Source of the DNA: Acidobacteriota bacterium
GTDB taxonomy: Bacteria > Acidobacteriota > Thermoanaerobaculia > Gp7-AA8
Assembly (NCBI GenBank): GCA_019244185.1
Contig: JAFATB010000022.1
Span: 320,001 to 384,000, forward strand
Length of the DNA: 64,000 bases
Direction: 5' to 3'
A model generated the notes under the pieces. It had not been told where the DNA came from. It searched no databases and saw only the letters and a list, made by a program, of their open reading frames with translations. The position numbers were made by a program, and so were the translations under genes. Position 1 is the first letter of the stretch. Every line of letters starts with the position of its first letter. Shown one piece after another: positions 18,129 through 28,083 of the stretch.

Positions 18129-18299
18129 GAAAGACGTCGTCTCCTGCCCGAAGCGGGGCTGAACGTTAGCACAACCCCGGCTGCTGCGATGCAACGCCGA
18201 GGCCGCCCCGCCGCTCCGCGCGCCGCGGCGGCTGGGCGCGGGAGGACGGGCGAGTGTAACCGTTTCCGCGGCCGGCGTTTGGGCGAGGCGGATGATGCC

Positions 18300-19331
18300 T
18301 CACGTTCTGGCGGGCGCCGGAGAACGCGCGAGCGCGATGGACTCGGCAGCGAATGCGCCGACGAGATCGAGCAGCACCGCCTGCTGCACGTCGAGGAACA
18401 GTCCGTACGCCGGCGAGAGGACGAAGTAGGCGAGCTCGAACTCGAAGCCGCTGCCGTCGATGGCCACGAGATGCGCGCGCTCGAAGCGGGTCGACTTCTG
18501 CTTCTCCACGGCCGCGCGCAGCAGCAGCGGCACGCGTGCGAGCTTCGCCGTGTCCGTCGCCGGATCGACCGTGATGCGGAAGAGCGCGCGGCGCTCGGTC
18601 ATGCGCCGGAAGTTGCGGATGCGGCTGCGCAGCAGGTCGCCGTTCGCGAAGATCACTTCCTCGCCGGACGACGCGCGCAGCCGCGTGGTCTTGAGGCCGA
18701 TGTGCTCGACCGTGCCGCTTTGCGCGTCGACCGCGATCGAGTCGCCGAGGACGAACGGCTTGTCGATCACGATCGACAGCGACGCGAAGAGATCGGCGAG
18801 GATGTTCTGCGTCGCGAGCGCCACCGCCACGCCGCCGATGCCGAGTCCCGCGATCAGCGTCGTGACGTTGAAGCCGAGGTATTCGATGGCCACGAGCGCG
18901 GCGAGGATCCACACCGTCACGATCGCGGCGATGCGGAACACGTTCACCGTCATCGCCGCCGCCGGATCCTCGGCGCGCGTGCGGCGGTAGCGGCGCAGCC
19001 AGTAGTCGAGGAGTCCCGAGGTCCAGAGCGCCGTCTGCGCGATCAGCGCGAGCGTGGCCGTGAGCTTCAGCAGATGGCGCAGATCCGCGGGCAGCTGCAG
19101 CGCGCGTGCGCCGAGGAAGACCGCGGGAAGGAAGAGCAGGAAGAGCTTCGTGCGATGGGAGAGGTCGAGGAGGAAGTCGTCGACGTCGGTCGGCGTCGCG
19201 TGCGCGGTGCGCAGTTTCCTGCGCGCGATGAGCCGGGCCGCCGCGACGAGCAGCAGGACGCCCGCGGCGATCGCGGCGGCGATCAGCAACTCGGTGGGGG
19301 AGTTGCCCTCGAAGATGTCGCGGTAACGCAC
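18300..19331 (-). CDS. MscS-family mechanosensitive channel
   Basis: LIAGLGIGGVAVALATQNILADLFAS, DKPFVLGD, GTVEHIGLKTTRLR. Confidence 0.92.
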   Translation of the reverse strand: MRYRDIFEGNSPTELLIAAAIAAGVLLLVAAARLIARRKLRTAHATPTDVDDFLLDLSHRTKLFLLFLPAVFLGARALQLPADLRHLLKLTATLALIAQTALWTSGLLDYWLRRYRRTRAEDPAAAMTVNVFRIAAIVTVWILAALVAIEYLGFNVTTLIAGLGIGGVAVALATQNILADLFASLSIVIDKPFVLGDSIAVDAQSGTVEHIGLKTTRLRASSGEEVIFANGDLLRSRIRNFRRMTERRALFRITVDPATDTAKLARVPLLLRAAVEKQKSTRFERAHLVAIDGSGFEFELAYFVLSPAYGLFLDVQQAVLLDLVGAFAAESIALARSPAPART

Positions 19332-19417
19332 TGCGCGGGCGATCCTATCGCGGGATGTTGATTGCGGGATGTGCCTTGCCTGGCTGGCGTGTTTTCCGCA
19401 ATTATCCCGCTCACTGT

Positions 19418-21109
19418 ATGTCCCGCCCGGTAGTGCTGATCGCCGACGATGACCAGGAAGTCGCGATGTTGATGCGGACGTATCTCCGTCCGCTCGACTG
19501 CGACCTCATCACCGCGTCCGACGGCGAGGAGGCGCTCGCGCTCGCGCAGTCGCGCCTTCCCGACGCGGTGCTGCTCGACGTGGTGATGCCGAAGCGCAGC
19601 GGCTGGGAAGTCTGCCAGGCGCTGAAAGCGGTGCAGCGCACCTCGCACATCGGCGTGATCCTCGTCACCGGCCGCGGCGACGTGAAGGACCGCCTCACGG
19701 GCTTGCAGGTCGGCGCCGACGACTATCTCGTCAAGCCGTTCGATCGCAATGAAGTGGTGAAGCGCGTCGGCGCGGTGCTCGATCGCGCGCGCGGCCGCGG
19801 CGAGCTCGCGCAGGCCGGACGCTCCGCGCTCGAGGCGATGCTGCTCGATCGCGCCACCGCGCTGCCGAGCCTTCCGCTCGTCCTCGACCGCGTGAAAGAG
19901 ATGCTCATCGAGCACGGCGAGATCGGCATGGTCTACGTCGACATCGAACAGTTCGAGACCATCGAGGCGGAGTTCGGCTGGGCGCTCTTCGACGAGTTGC
20001 TCTGCAACGTCGGCTCGATCATCTCGGCCGAGGCGCGGCAGCGCTTCCGGAACGCGATTGTGACGTGCCACCGCACCGGCGGCTCGAGCTTCTACGTGTT
20101 CTACGAGACGCGCGGACAGGACCTCAGCGAAGAGAACGCATCGGAGCGCGTCGCGAACGAGCTGCGCGAGAAGCTGATCGCGGCGACGCGGCGGCGCTTC
20201 CCGAGCCTGCATTCCGAGCAGATGGGATTCTTCGTCGGCACCGCGCGCATCGATTACCGTCCGCAGATCCGCCTCGAACGGCAGGTGTACTCCGGCATGC
20301 GCGTCGCCGCCGACGCCGTGCGCGACGCGGAGCAGCAGCGCAAGAAACAGCTCACGCGCGAGCTGCGCGACATCATCCGCCGCAAGCGCGTGACGACGCT
20401 GTTCCAGCCGATCGTGCACGCGAAAGACGCGGCGGTGTTCGGCTACGAAATCCTCACGCGCGGGCCCGCCAACTCGTCGTTCCGCAATTCGGACATGCTG
20501 TTCACGTTCGCGCGCGAGGTGAAGCTGGCGTGGGCGCTCGAGGCCATCGCGCTCGAAGGCGCGCTCAAACGCCTGCGGCAGGTCGATCTGCTCGACCGCA
20601 AGTTCCTGCTGAATCTCGAAGCGGAGATGTTCGGCGAGTCGGAGTTCCGCATCCACGAGATGGTGTCGTTCTTCGCCGAGCATCGCGGACACTTCGTCTT
20701 CGAGCTCACCGAGCGTGCCGCGATCGAGGACTACGGGCAGTTCCGCGAGCTGCTGACCGAGTTCCGCGACAAGGGGATCGAGATCGCCATCGACGACGCG
20801 GGCTCCGGCTACGCGTCGCTCGAAGCGATCGCCGCGATCGCGCCCGATTACCTCAAGATCACGAAGAGTCTCGTGTCGACGCTCGCCGATGAGCCGATCA
20901 AGCAGGACCTCGTGAAGATGCTCGTGGAGCTCGGCGGGAAGATCAACGCGAAGACGCTGGCCGAGGGGATCGAGACGCAGGAGGAGTACGAGACCTGCCG
21001 CGACCTCGGCATCGATCTCATTCAGGGTTACTACTTCGCGCATCCGCAGGAAGACGTGCGCCTCGGCGACGCCGAAGTCGCGGAGTCGCTCGCCACGCGC
21101 GCGCTGTAG
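19418..21109 (+). CDS. REC + degenerate GGDEF + EAL c-di-GMP phosphodiesterase
   Basis: N-terminal REC (ADDD, LLDVVMP, KPF); GGSSF in place of GGDEF; EAL residues FQPIV, EILTR, FELTE, DDAGSGY, AEGIET, QGYY. Confidence 0.9.
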   Translation: MSRPVVLIADDDQEVAMLMRTYLRPLDCDLITASDGEEALALAQSRLPDAVLLDVVMPKRSGWEVCQALKAVQRTSHIGVILVTGRGDVKDRLTGLQVGADDYLVKPFDRNEVVKRVGAVLDRARGRGELAQAGRSALEAMLLDRATALPSLPLVLDRVKEMLIEHGEIGMVYVDIEQFETIEAEFGWALFDELLCNVGSIISAEARQRFRNAIVTCHRTGGSSFYVFYETRGQDLSEENASERVANELREKLIAATRRRFPSLHSEQMGFFVGTARIDYRPQIRLERQVYSGMRVAADAVRDAEQQRKKQLTRELRDIIRRKRVTTLFQPIVHAKDAAVFGYEILTRGPANSSFRNSDMLFTFAREVKLAWALEAIALEGALKRLRQVDLLDRKFLLNLEAEMFGESEFRIHEMVSFFAEHRGHFVFELTERAAIEDYGQFRELLTEFRDKGIEIAIDDAGSGYASLEAIAAIAPDYLKITKSLVSTLADEPIKQDLVKMLVELGGKINAKTLAEGIETQEEYETCRDLGIDLIQGYYFAHPQEDVRLGDAEVAESLATRAL

Positions 21110-21124
21110 CGACGTTCCACCGCG

Positions 21125-21997
21125 ATGCAGGATCTGCGCATCGTCCTCCTCGGCACGTCGTCCGGCACGCCGACGCGCACGCGCAACGTCTCGTCGCTGG
21201 CGATGATCCTCGACGGACGCGTGCTGCTCTTCGATTGCGGCGAAGGCACGCAGCATCAGCTGCTCCGCGCGCCCGTGCGCACTGGCGCGATCGAGGCGAT
21301 CTTCGTCAGCCATCTCCACGGCGATCATGTCTACGGTCTGCCGGGTTTGCTCGCGACGCTGTCGATGAACGGCCGCACGCGACCTCTCGATCTCGTCGGA
21401 CCGGAGTCGTTGCGCGCGTACGTCGAGACGACGCTCGCCACGAGCTTTCATCATCCGTCGTTCGAGATCCGCATCACGACGCCGCCATATCGCGGCCACG
21501 GCTTCACCGTGACTGCCGCGCCTCTCGAGCATTCCGTCGAATGCCTCGGCTACTGCGTCATCGAAGACGACCGCCCCGGCCACTTCGACGTCGCCCGCGC
21601 GCGAGCGCTCGGCATCCCGCCCGGCCCGCTCTACGGCGAGCTCGCCAGAGCCGGCGACCCGCGCGTCTGCGGCCCGCCCCGACGCGGCCGCCGCATCGCG
21701 TTCGTCACCGACACCCGCCCGTGCGCGAGCGCTGTCGCGCTCGCGCACGAAGCCGACGCGCTCATTCACGAGTCGACGTACGGCGAAGAGCTCCGTACCG
21801 AAGCCGCCGAGCGCTTTCATTCGACCGCACGCGAAGCCGCGCGCGTCGCCTCCGACGCGCGCGTGCAGCGACTCATCCTCACGCACTTTTCCGCGCGCTA
21901 CGGCGACGTCGCGCCGCTCGTGGAGGAGGCGAGAGAGGTGTTCCCGAACACGATCGCCGCGGACGACCTGCTCGAAGTCCACGTCGCTGCGCGCTGA
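21125..21997 (+). CDS. rnz: Ribonuclease Z
   Basis: LGTSSGTP, DCGEGTQ, SHLHGDH, exosite GIPPGPLYG, DTRPC, HEST, LTHFSARY. Confidence 0.93.
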   Translation: MQDLRIVLLGTSSGTPTRTRNVSSLAMILDGRVLLFDCGEGTQHQLLRAPVRTGAIEAIFVSHLHGDHVYGLPGLLATLSMNGRTRPLDLVGPESLRAYVETTLATSFHHPSFEIRITTPPYRGHGFTVTAAPLEHSVECLGYCVIEDDRPGHFDVARARALGIPPGPLYGELARAGDPRVCGPPRRGRRIAFVTDTRPCASAVALAHEADALIHESTYGEELRTEAAERFHSTAREAARVASDARVQRLILTHFSARYGDVAPLVEEAREVFPNTIAADDLLEVHVAAR

Positions 21998-21998
21998 G

Positions 21999-22027
21999 TT
22001 GCGCCCCGCCCACCCGTCCCCTATAAT
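21999..22027 (+). promoter_or_regulatory. Sigma70 promoter of tRNA-Ala
   Basis: TTGCGC-17 bp-TATAAT followed by GC-rich discriminator CCGCGC. Confidence 0.75.
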
Positions 22028-22096
22028 CCGCGCTCCCAACCGCGTGGAATGCTCATTCCACTCGGACCGTTAGCAGCGGTACTTCCCAACGAATGT

Positions 22097-22173
22097 GGGG
22101 CTGTAGCTCAGTTTGGGAGAGCGCCTGAATCGCACTCAGGAGGTCGTCGGTTCGATCCCGATCAGCTCCACCA
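22097..22173 (+). tRNA. tRNA-Ala(CGC)
   Basis: Acceptor GGGGCTG/CAGCTCC with G3:U70, anticodon stem CCTGA/TCAGG with loop ATCGCAC, T arm GGTTCGATCC, encoded CCA. Confidence 0.96.
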
Positions 22174-22224
22174 CCTTCCCGCCTCAAACCTGCGCCGATG
22201 CGTGGTACCCACGCGTCGTGATCA

Positions 22225-22749
22225 TCACCGCCGGGCCGAATCCGTGATCTCTGGTCCGAGGAAGCCGACCGGGATGCCGTACTTGCGGCACGCCTCCGTC
22301 GCGTTCGAACTGAGCATCGCCAGCACCAGCAGGTTGATGCATGGCACGAGCATCGCCGCCGACCATAACGCCGGCGACGGCGAGCCGAGTGCGCGGGCGG
22401 TGTGGAACGCGTAGTAGGCGATGGCGATGACGGTCGCGCCGAGGCTCGGCACCACGAGGATTGCTGCGGGGCCGAGAATCCAGAAGACGAGCGAGACGCC
22501 GAGCTGTGCGCCGACGGAGAGCACCAGCTTCCGGTAGTTCGTCGCCAGGTCGACGATGGTCTGTGGTGGATTGCCGAACGAGCCGAGCTCCGGCAGCGCG
22601 CGGGCCGGGAGCCATTCGCAGTGATGCGGATGAAAGACGAGACTCTCCGGCAGGATGCGGCCTTCGCTCACCCACAGCCGCAGCGTTTGCAGATCGCGCG
22701 GGCGAAACTCCGCGCCTCCTTGCTGGATGATGAAATCGCCGTCGTGCAT
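22225..22749 (-). CDS. GYF_2/DUF4339-like domain membrane protein
   Basis: LRLWVSEGRILPESLVF..WLPARALPEL resembles GYF_2; followed by 3-4 TM helices. Confidence 0.65.
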   Translation of the reverse strand: MHDGDFIIQQGGAEFRPRDLQTLRLWVSEGRILPESLVFHPHHCEWLPARALPELGSFGNPPQTIVDLATNYRKLVLSVGAQLGVSLVFWILGPAAILVVPSLGATVIAIAYYAFHTARALGSPSPALWSAAMLVPCINLLVLAMLSSNATEACRKYGIPVGFLGPEITDSARR

Positions 22750-22792
22750 GACGGGTCAGACACGATCCGGATCGATTCGTGGCGCCGCGAGC

Positions 22793-23479
22793 TCACCGCC
22801 GCACTTTGTAGCGCAGCCACACGATGTCGCCGGGGCGCTTTTCCATCGCGATGAGGCGCAGATGGCGCGGCGGGGTGCCGTCCTCGGCGTCGAACAGCGC
22901 GGGCGTGCCGATGCTGCCGTCGGCGACGGGGGCGACGAGCACGCTCAGTTCGTCGATGAGGTTCGCGGCGAGGAACGAGCCGTTGATCTTGCCGCCGCCT
23001 TCGAGGAGGAGCTTGCGGATCCGGAAGCGCGCACGCAGTTTCGCGAGGACGCTCGCGAGATCGATGCGCGACTTGCCGCCGAAGAGGTACGACACGCCTT
23101 TCGACTGGAGGAACGCGAGGTAATCGTCCGAGACCGCTTCGGTGAGGACGGTGATGACGTGCTCGCCGTCGATGTCGTTCGCGCGCCACGTCAGCTTGCC
23201 CGAGGGATCGATCGCGATCGCGTACGAGGTCGCGTCGTGCGGCGCGATGAAGTCTTCACGCGGAATGCGCTCGCGGTGTTTGCGCGATGGCACGCGCGCT
23301 TTGCCGGCATACGGCTCCATCGAGATACGGCCGATGATCCACGCGTCGGCGCCGAAGGTTGCGGCCGTACGTTCGTACTCGGGCGACGCGCGCGGGAGGT
23401 CCCAGTCGCGCGTCACGATGCGGCCGTCGACGGACGGCAGCATGTGGCAGATGACGTACGGCAGCGCGCGCTTCGGCAT
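22793..23479 (-). CDS. RibD C-terminal domain / dihydrofolate-reductase-like protein
   Basis: PYVICHMLPSVDGRI, LLLEGGGKINGSFLAANLIDELSVLVAP. Confidence 0.88.
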   Translation of the reverse strand: MPKRALPYVICHMLPSVDGRIVTRDWDLPRASPEYERTAATFGADAWIIGRISMEPYAGKARVPSRKHRERIPREDFIAPHDATSYAIAIDPSGKLTWRANDIDGEHVITVLTEAVSDDYLAFLQSKGVSYLFGGKSRIDLASVLAKLRARFRIRKLLLEGGGKINGSFLAANLIDELSVLVAPVADGSIGTPALFDAEDGTPPRHLRLIAMEKRPGDIVWLRYKVRR

Positions 23480-23525
23480 CGGCGGACGATAGCACGCGGT
23501 CTCGCCAGCGTTCGCCGCGGCGAGC

Positions 23526-25853
23526 TCACTTGCGGAACGTGATCCGTGCGTAGAACGCGGCGCCGCTCGGACCGGCGCCGGTGTTCATGTCCGAGACGAT
23601 GAGCTCATTCACCGCGCCGGGCTTCAAGAGCGCGGTGGTCTCGCGTCCTGCCGCGAACGCGACGTCGCCGAACTCGCTCACGGCGGTGTGCGAGAAGATC
23701 GAGCCGGTGAGCGGGCGTCCGTTGAGGAAGACGCGGCCGATGTCGTCGACGTTGGCGCGTCCGCGAAGCTCCACGCGCGAGAACTGTTTCGGCGCCACGA
23801 AGGTCACTTTGAAGTATCCGCTGCGGCCATCGCCCGGAGGGAGGTTGACGACGCGCGTGCCCGCGGGCGCTCCGCTCGGAATCGGCGTGAAGGTGTAGAA
23901 CGGTCCGACGGCGACGCGCTCGAACGCGGTGAAACCCGCCGGCGGTTGGTCGAGCTTCGCCAGCGTGACGTTGTCGGGTGTGCCGCCGATGACCGCGGCG
24001 CAGGTGTTGGCGTCGCTCTTCAGCGTCACCGTGTAGCTGCCGCCGCGTAGCTCCGGCGCGGGTCCGCCGGCGACGGCGCACCGCGGCGCGAGGATCGCCA
24101 GACTGGCCGCGGGCGTGTTGCAACGTTTGTTGATGAGGTTCGCGGGCAGCCGCGTCGTACAGTCGGTGAACGCTTCGTCGATCTGCGCCTGCGTGAGACC
24201 TCTTGCCGACGCGAGGTTGGCGGACCGCAGCTGTGCTCCGAACAGTTCGGCGTCGGTGAGATCGGCGTCGGAGAAGAGCGTTCGTGCGAGCTGCGCGAAG
24301 CTCAGATCCGCGCGATTGAGCTTCGCACCGACGAGAATCGCTCCTTCCATGGAGGCGCTGCGCAGATCGGCGCCCTCCAGTCGTGCCTCGCCGAGGTACG
24401 AACCTTCGAGGTGCGCGGCCTTCATCAAGGCGTTCTGCAGTTGCGCGTTCGCGAGATACGCGGCCGGCAGGTTGCTGTTTTCGAGATCGGCCTGCTGCAT
24501 GTACGTGAACGACAAATCCGCGCCTCGCCAGTTCGAATCCGTGAGATCCGCGGCGACGAGAAACGCCCCTCGGGCGTTCGCATACTTCAGATCCTTCCCG
24601 CGCAGACTGGCGCCGACCACCGACCGTACGACGTCGTCGGACGGCGTATCGCGCAACGACGTCCGGTCGCCCGTCCGCGAGAGCAGCTTCGGCGAAGGAA
24701 GAAAGCTCCAGTTCGGCGGCCGCTCCGAAACGGCGGTGTCCTGCATGTCGGCGAACGCGCGCAGCTGCAGGCGCGACAGCAGCGCCGGCACGTGCGTTCG
24801 GAGCCACCGCCCCGCGACCGGCGCTAGCGGCGGCGCCGTGGCCTGGCTGTGATCTTCCGCATGCTGGTCGATCCCCGCGATCGCGCCGAACGACACGATG
24901 GCGGCGGCAACCGTCGTCGTCAGCGCGATCGCGGTGCTCTTCGCGAGAAAGCGTGGCTTCTTGAAACGGAGCGAGTCGAACGTCGACTGATGCGACCACG
25001 CGCCGATGAAGACGGCGAATCCGAGGAGACCGACATGAAGCAACGACCCGATCCAGTCGTGGCGCGGCAGGTAACGCAACCAGAAGAGGATCAGCGTCGC
25101 CGGTGCCAGTCCCCACGCGAGGATCCACGAGATGAACGTCTGCACGGAGCCGCCGACGGAATGATGCGCATCACCGGGGCGCCGCTGCAGCAACGACGTC
25201 AGCAGCCACGGATGCACTTTCTTTCGGAGGGAACGACCGTCGGGAAAGACCGCGGGGAGCGTGGCGATTTCCTCCCACAAATCCTGCAGTTGCAGATGCA
25301 GATAGAGGTACAACGCCGCGAGCACGAACGGCGCGACGATGTAGAAGAGGAAGAGTGGAATCGGCGTCTGGATCACCGGCAGCGGTGACGAAACGTAGTT
25401 CGTGAGCAAGCGCGCGTCGGTGGTCGTGGCGATGGTGACCCAGCAATAGAGCACGGCGAGGCTGAGAAACGTGAAGGTCGCCGACGCTTTTTTCGAGAGC
25501 CGGCTGGCCTGCCACAGACCATCGAAGCCCGCGACTTTCTTCGGCAACTGAGCGCCCGAGAGATTCGCGCCGGCGAGCTGATGGTCGCAGAGTCCCGTGA
25601 CGTCCGAGAGGTCGGCACCCTGAAGATCCGCTTCCTGCAGCGAGGCATCGGAAAGGCTCGCGCCGCGCAAGTCGGCGCGCCGCAGATTTGCGCGGCGCAG
25701 GTCGGCCATCGCGAGCGGCGCGTTGCGAAGATCCGCGCCGCCGAGATTCGCGCGCGAGCCCTGCCGCCCATCGGTCGCCAGCCACTCTGCATGCGCGCGC
25801 AGGACGGCGGTCAGGCCGTCTTCGTCGTTCGCCGCAGAGCCCGCGCTGAACAT
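23526..25853 (-). CDS. Pentapeptide-repeat membrane protein with C-terminal beta-sandwich domain
   Basis: Two A(D/N)Lxx repeat blocks separated by about 5 TM helices; C-terminal ANVDDIGRVFLNG jelly-roll-like segment. Confidence 0.8.
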   Translation of the reverse strand: MFSAGSAANDEDGLTAVLRAHAEWLATDGRQGSRANLGGADLRNAPLAMADLRRANLRRADLRGASLSDASLQEADLQGADLSDVTGLCDHQLAGANLSGAQLPKKVAGFDGLWQASRLSKKASATFTFLSLAVLYCWVTIATTTDARLLTNYVSSPLPVIQTPIPLFLFYIVAPFVLAALYLYLHLQLQDLWEEIATLPAVFPDGRSLRKKVHPWLLTSLLQRRPGDAHHSVGGSVQTFISWILAWGLAPATLILFWLRYLPRHDWIGSLLHVGLLGFAVFIGAWSHQSTFDSLRFKKPRFLAKSTAIALTTTVAAAIVSFGAIAGIDQHAEDHSQATAPPLAPVAGRWLRTHVPALLSRLQLRAFADMQDTAVSERPPNWSFLPSPKLLSRTGDRTSLRDTPSDDVVRSVVGASLRGKDLKYANARGAFLVAADLTDSNWRGADLSFTYMQQADLENSNLPAAYLANAQLQNALMKAAHLEGSYLGEARLEGADLRSASMEGAILVGAKLNRADLSFAQLARTLFSDADLTDAELFGAQLRSANLASARGLTQAQIDEAFTDCTTRLPANLINKRCNTPAASLAILAPRCAVAGGPAPELRGGSYTVTLKSDANTCAAVIGGTPDNVTLAKLDQPPAGFTAFERVAVGPFYTFTPIPSGAPAGTRVVNLPPGDGRSGYFKVTFVAPKQFSRVELRGRANVDDIGRVFLNGRPLTGSIFSHTAVSEFGDVAFAAGRETTALLKPGAVNELIVSDMNTGAGPSGAAFYARITFRK

Positions 25854-25880
25854 GAACGCGTTGCGTCCCGATCGACCGCC

Positions 25881-27371
25881 TTACTTCGCCAGCTCGTACA
25901 GGTATTCGACGAACGAGAACACCGCGCCGTCGAGTCCCTGCACGTTCGGATTCGTCGAGTCGATCACGTAGTACTCGTCGGGCGCATGCGCGCCGCTGCC
26001 GTGGCCCAAACCGAAGTGGCCGGAGGCGAGACTCAGCGGCGGATTCGTGAAGACGTAGCCGGGATATGAGCCGGCGTTGCGCGGCCAGAGCACGGGGTCG
26101 ATGCCCGCGTGTTTCAGCACCGCGATCTGCGACTGGATGAGCTGCGCCGTCGACGAGGTGCTGGTCGGGTCGTAGCCGCCGGTCACGTTGATCTCGATGT
26201 CGCCGAAGCCGCGCTTCGCGAGATGCGCTTTCAGCGCGGCGACGGCCTCGTTCATCTTCATGTCGGGCACGAGGCGCATGTCGATCTTCGCGACCGCACG
26301 GTGCGGGAGGATGGTCTTGCCGCCCGGTCCCGTGTAGCCGCCGACGAGTCCTTCGATGTTCACCGTCGGCTGCGATTCGAGGCGCTCATTCGCCTGCTGC
26401 CACGGCAGGTCGTCGATCCAGTGCTGCGCGCCGAGCTGCTTCATCGACTGCGCTTCGCTGCGCCGCTTCGACGCCTCGGCGATCATCGACGTCTCGTCCG
26501 CACTGAGCGGCCGCGGCTTCGGATAGTTCTCGATGAGGATCGTGTTGCCGTCGTCGGAGACGAGCGTGTCGAGCGCTTTGATGAGATGCCACGCCGGGCT
26601 GTCGAGCATCGCCTTGAGCGACGAATGCACGTCCTTCGCGGGACCGCGGCCCCACTTCTCGCCGCTGGAGACGAGCTCGAGCTCGACGACGCCTTTCGCG
26701 CCGAGGCTCACGGTGACGACGCCGTCGAGATCCTGGGAGGCCGCGGGCATGAAGACGCCGATGCACTTGCGCAGCGCCGCTTCGACTTCGGGACGATGCA
26801 CGAGCTGGCCGATGTGCGGCGAGCCGATCTCCTCTTCGCCTTCCGCGACGAGCACGAGGTTCACCGGCAGCTTGCGGCCCGCGCCGCGGATCGCGTGCAG
26901 CGCGGCGAGGAACGCCGACTCCGGACCTTTCTGATTGACGGCGCCGCGTCCGACGATCACGCGGCCGAGGTTCGGGCGATCGACGAGACGCGCCTCGAGC
27001 GGAGGCGAGGTCCACTCGGAGGGATCGAACTGCTTCACGTCGTACATGAAGTAGAGGCCGACGGTCTTCGGCGCGCCGGCATCGAGCGTCGCGAAGACGC
27101 CCGGCTTACCGTCGGTGGTGAGCACGGCGGCCTGCTGGAAGCCCGCGTCGCGCGCGAGCTGGGCCATGAATTCGGCGCCCGCGGGATAGTTGCGGTTCTC
27201 GGCGGCGATGGACGGCAGCGCGATCCAGTCCTGCAGGCGTTTGACGGCTTCGTCGTGACGGCGCGCGATCTCGCGCTTGACGTCGGAGAAGTCGGCGCCG
27301 GCGGCGAGCGCCGCGTGCGCGCTGAAGAATGCGAAAGCGGAGAGGACGACCAGCGAAAGACGACGAACCAT
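25881..27371 (-). CDS. M20/M25/M40 family metallopeptidase (exported)
   Basis: Signal peptide, YDVKQ, GRGAVNQKG, EGEEEIGSP, AHAPDEY. Confidence 0.9.
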   Translation of the reverse strand: MVRRLSLVVLSAFAFFSAHAALAAGADFSDVKREIARRHDEAVKRLQDWIALPSIAAENRNYPAGAEFMAQLARDAGFQQAAVLTTDGKPGVFATLDAGAPKTVGLYFMYDVKQFDPSEWTSPPLEARLVDRPNLGRVIVGRGAVNQKGPESAFLAALHAIRGAGRKLPVNLVLVAEGEEEIGSPHIGQLVHRPEVEAALRKCIGVFMPAASQDLDGVVTVSLGAKGVVELELVSSGEKWGRGPAKDVHSSLKAMLDSPAWHLIKALDTLVSDDGNTILIENYPKPRPLSADETSMIAEASKRRSEAQSMKQLGAQHWIDDLPWQQANERLESQPTVNIEGLVGGYTGPGGKTILPHRAVAKIDMRLVPDMKMNEAVAALKAHLAKRGFGDIEINVTGGYDPTSTSSTAQLIQSQIAVLKHAGIDPVLWPRNAGSYPGYVFTNPPLSLASGHFGLGHGSGAHAPDEYYVIDSTNPNVQGLDGAVFSFVEYLYELAK

Positions 27372-27466
27372 GAAGTGCTCCGATCGTATCGAGGTGGTTG
27401 CTTCGGCGGCGGGATGTTACCAAAGTGCGATTCAACGAATTGCGGCCCGCGTCGTAGGCTGAAGAC

Positions 27467-28039
27467 ATGAGGCGCTCGTTCGCGTTGCTCGCTCTCGTTC
27501 TCGTCGCCGTCTCGTGTGCGTCGTCGTCCGACGACGAGCCGCGTCCGATGCCGCGCCGCGGCGGCGGCATGGGGATGCGCGGCGGCGCGCGGTTCGGTGA
27601 TGGCAGCGTGCTGGAGATGCTGCCGCCGCGCGACTGGTGGCACGATCCGCAGCTTGCGGCGCCGGTGAACCTTACGTCCGAGCAGATGGCGTCGCTCGAT
27701 CGGCTGTCAGCAGCGCAGGGCGACGACGCGGCGAAACTCGAGCGCGACAGCATGGTCGCCGTGCGCGACCTGCGCACGCAGCTCGACGCGGAGCAGCCCG
27801 CGAGCGCAGACATCCTCGCCGCGGCGAAACGCGTGGAGGCGCTGCACGACGCGCTGTTCGACAAACAGGCGGAGCTCCTCGCGGCGGAGCGGACGCTGCT
27901 CTCGCAACAGCAGTGGGCGTCGCTGCAGCGCGCGCTGGCGGGGACGCGCGATGACTCGTTCGATCGCGGCGGACGGGGAGACCGCGGCGGCATGCGCGGG
28001 CGGGGAGGAAGGGGAGGGCGGGGAAGGTTTCCCGGTTGA
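27467..28039 (+). CDS. Spy/CpxP/ZraP-like helical lipoprotein
   Basis: Lipobox-like VAVSC, LTSEQ and LSQQQW motifs, Gly/Arg-rich flanks. Confidence 0.7.
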   Translation: MRRSFALLALVLVAVSCASSSDDEPRPMPRRGGGMGMRGGARFGDGSVLEMLPPRDWWHDPQLAAPVNLTSEQMASLDRLSAAQGDDAAKLERDSMVAVRDLRTQLDAEQPASADILAAAKRVEALHDALFDKQAELLAAERTLLSQQQWASLQRALAGTRDDSFDRGGRGDRGGMRGRGGRGGRGRFPG

Positions 28040-28083
28040 TCTGACCCATCCTCGCGCGGATCGCTTCTTGCTCCCCGATCCGC

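Noticed and set aside
21125-22173. Functional link between RNase Z and the adjacent tRNA
   Set aside because: The tRNA has its own promoter and encoded CCA; adjacency alone is not evidence
22174-27371. Genomic island integrated at the tRNA-Ala 3' end
   Set aside because: No integrase and no duplicated tRNA 3' end seen; only a mild composition shift
27940-28039. GGRG-type tandem repeats and the G-rich run at 35260-35300
   Set aside because: Explained by Gly/Arg low-complexity coding linkers
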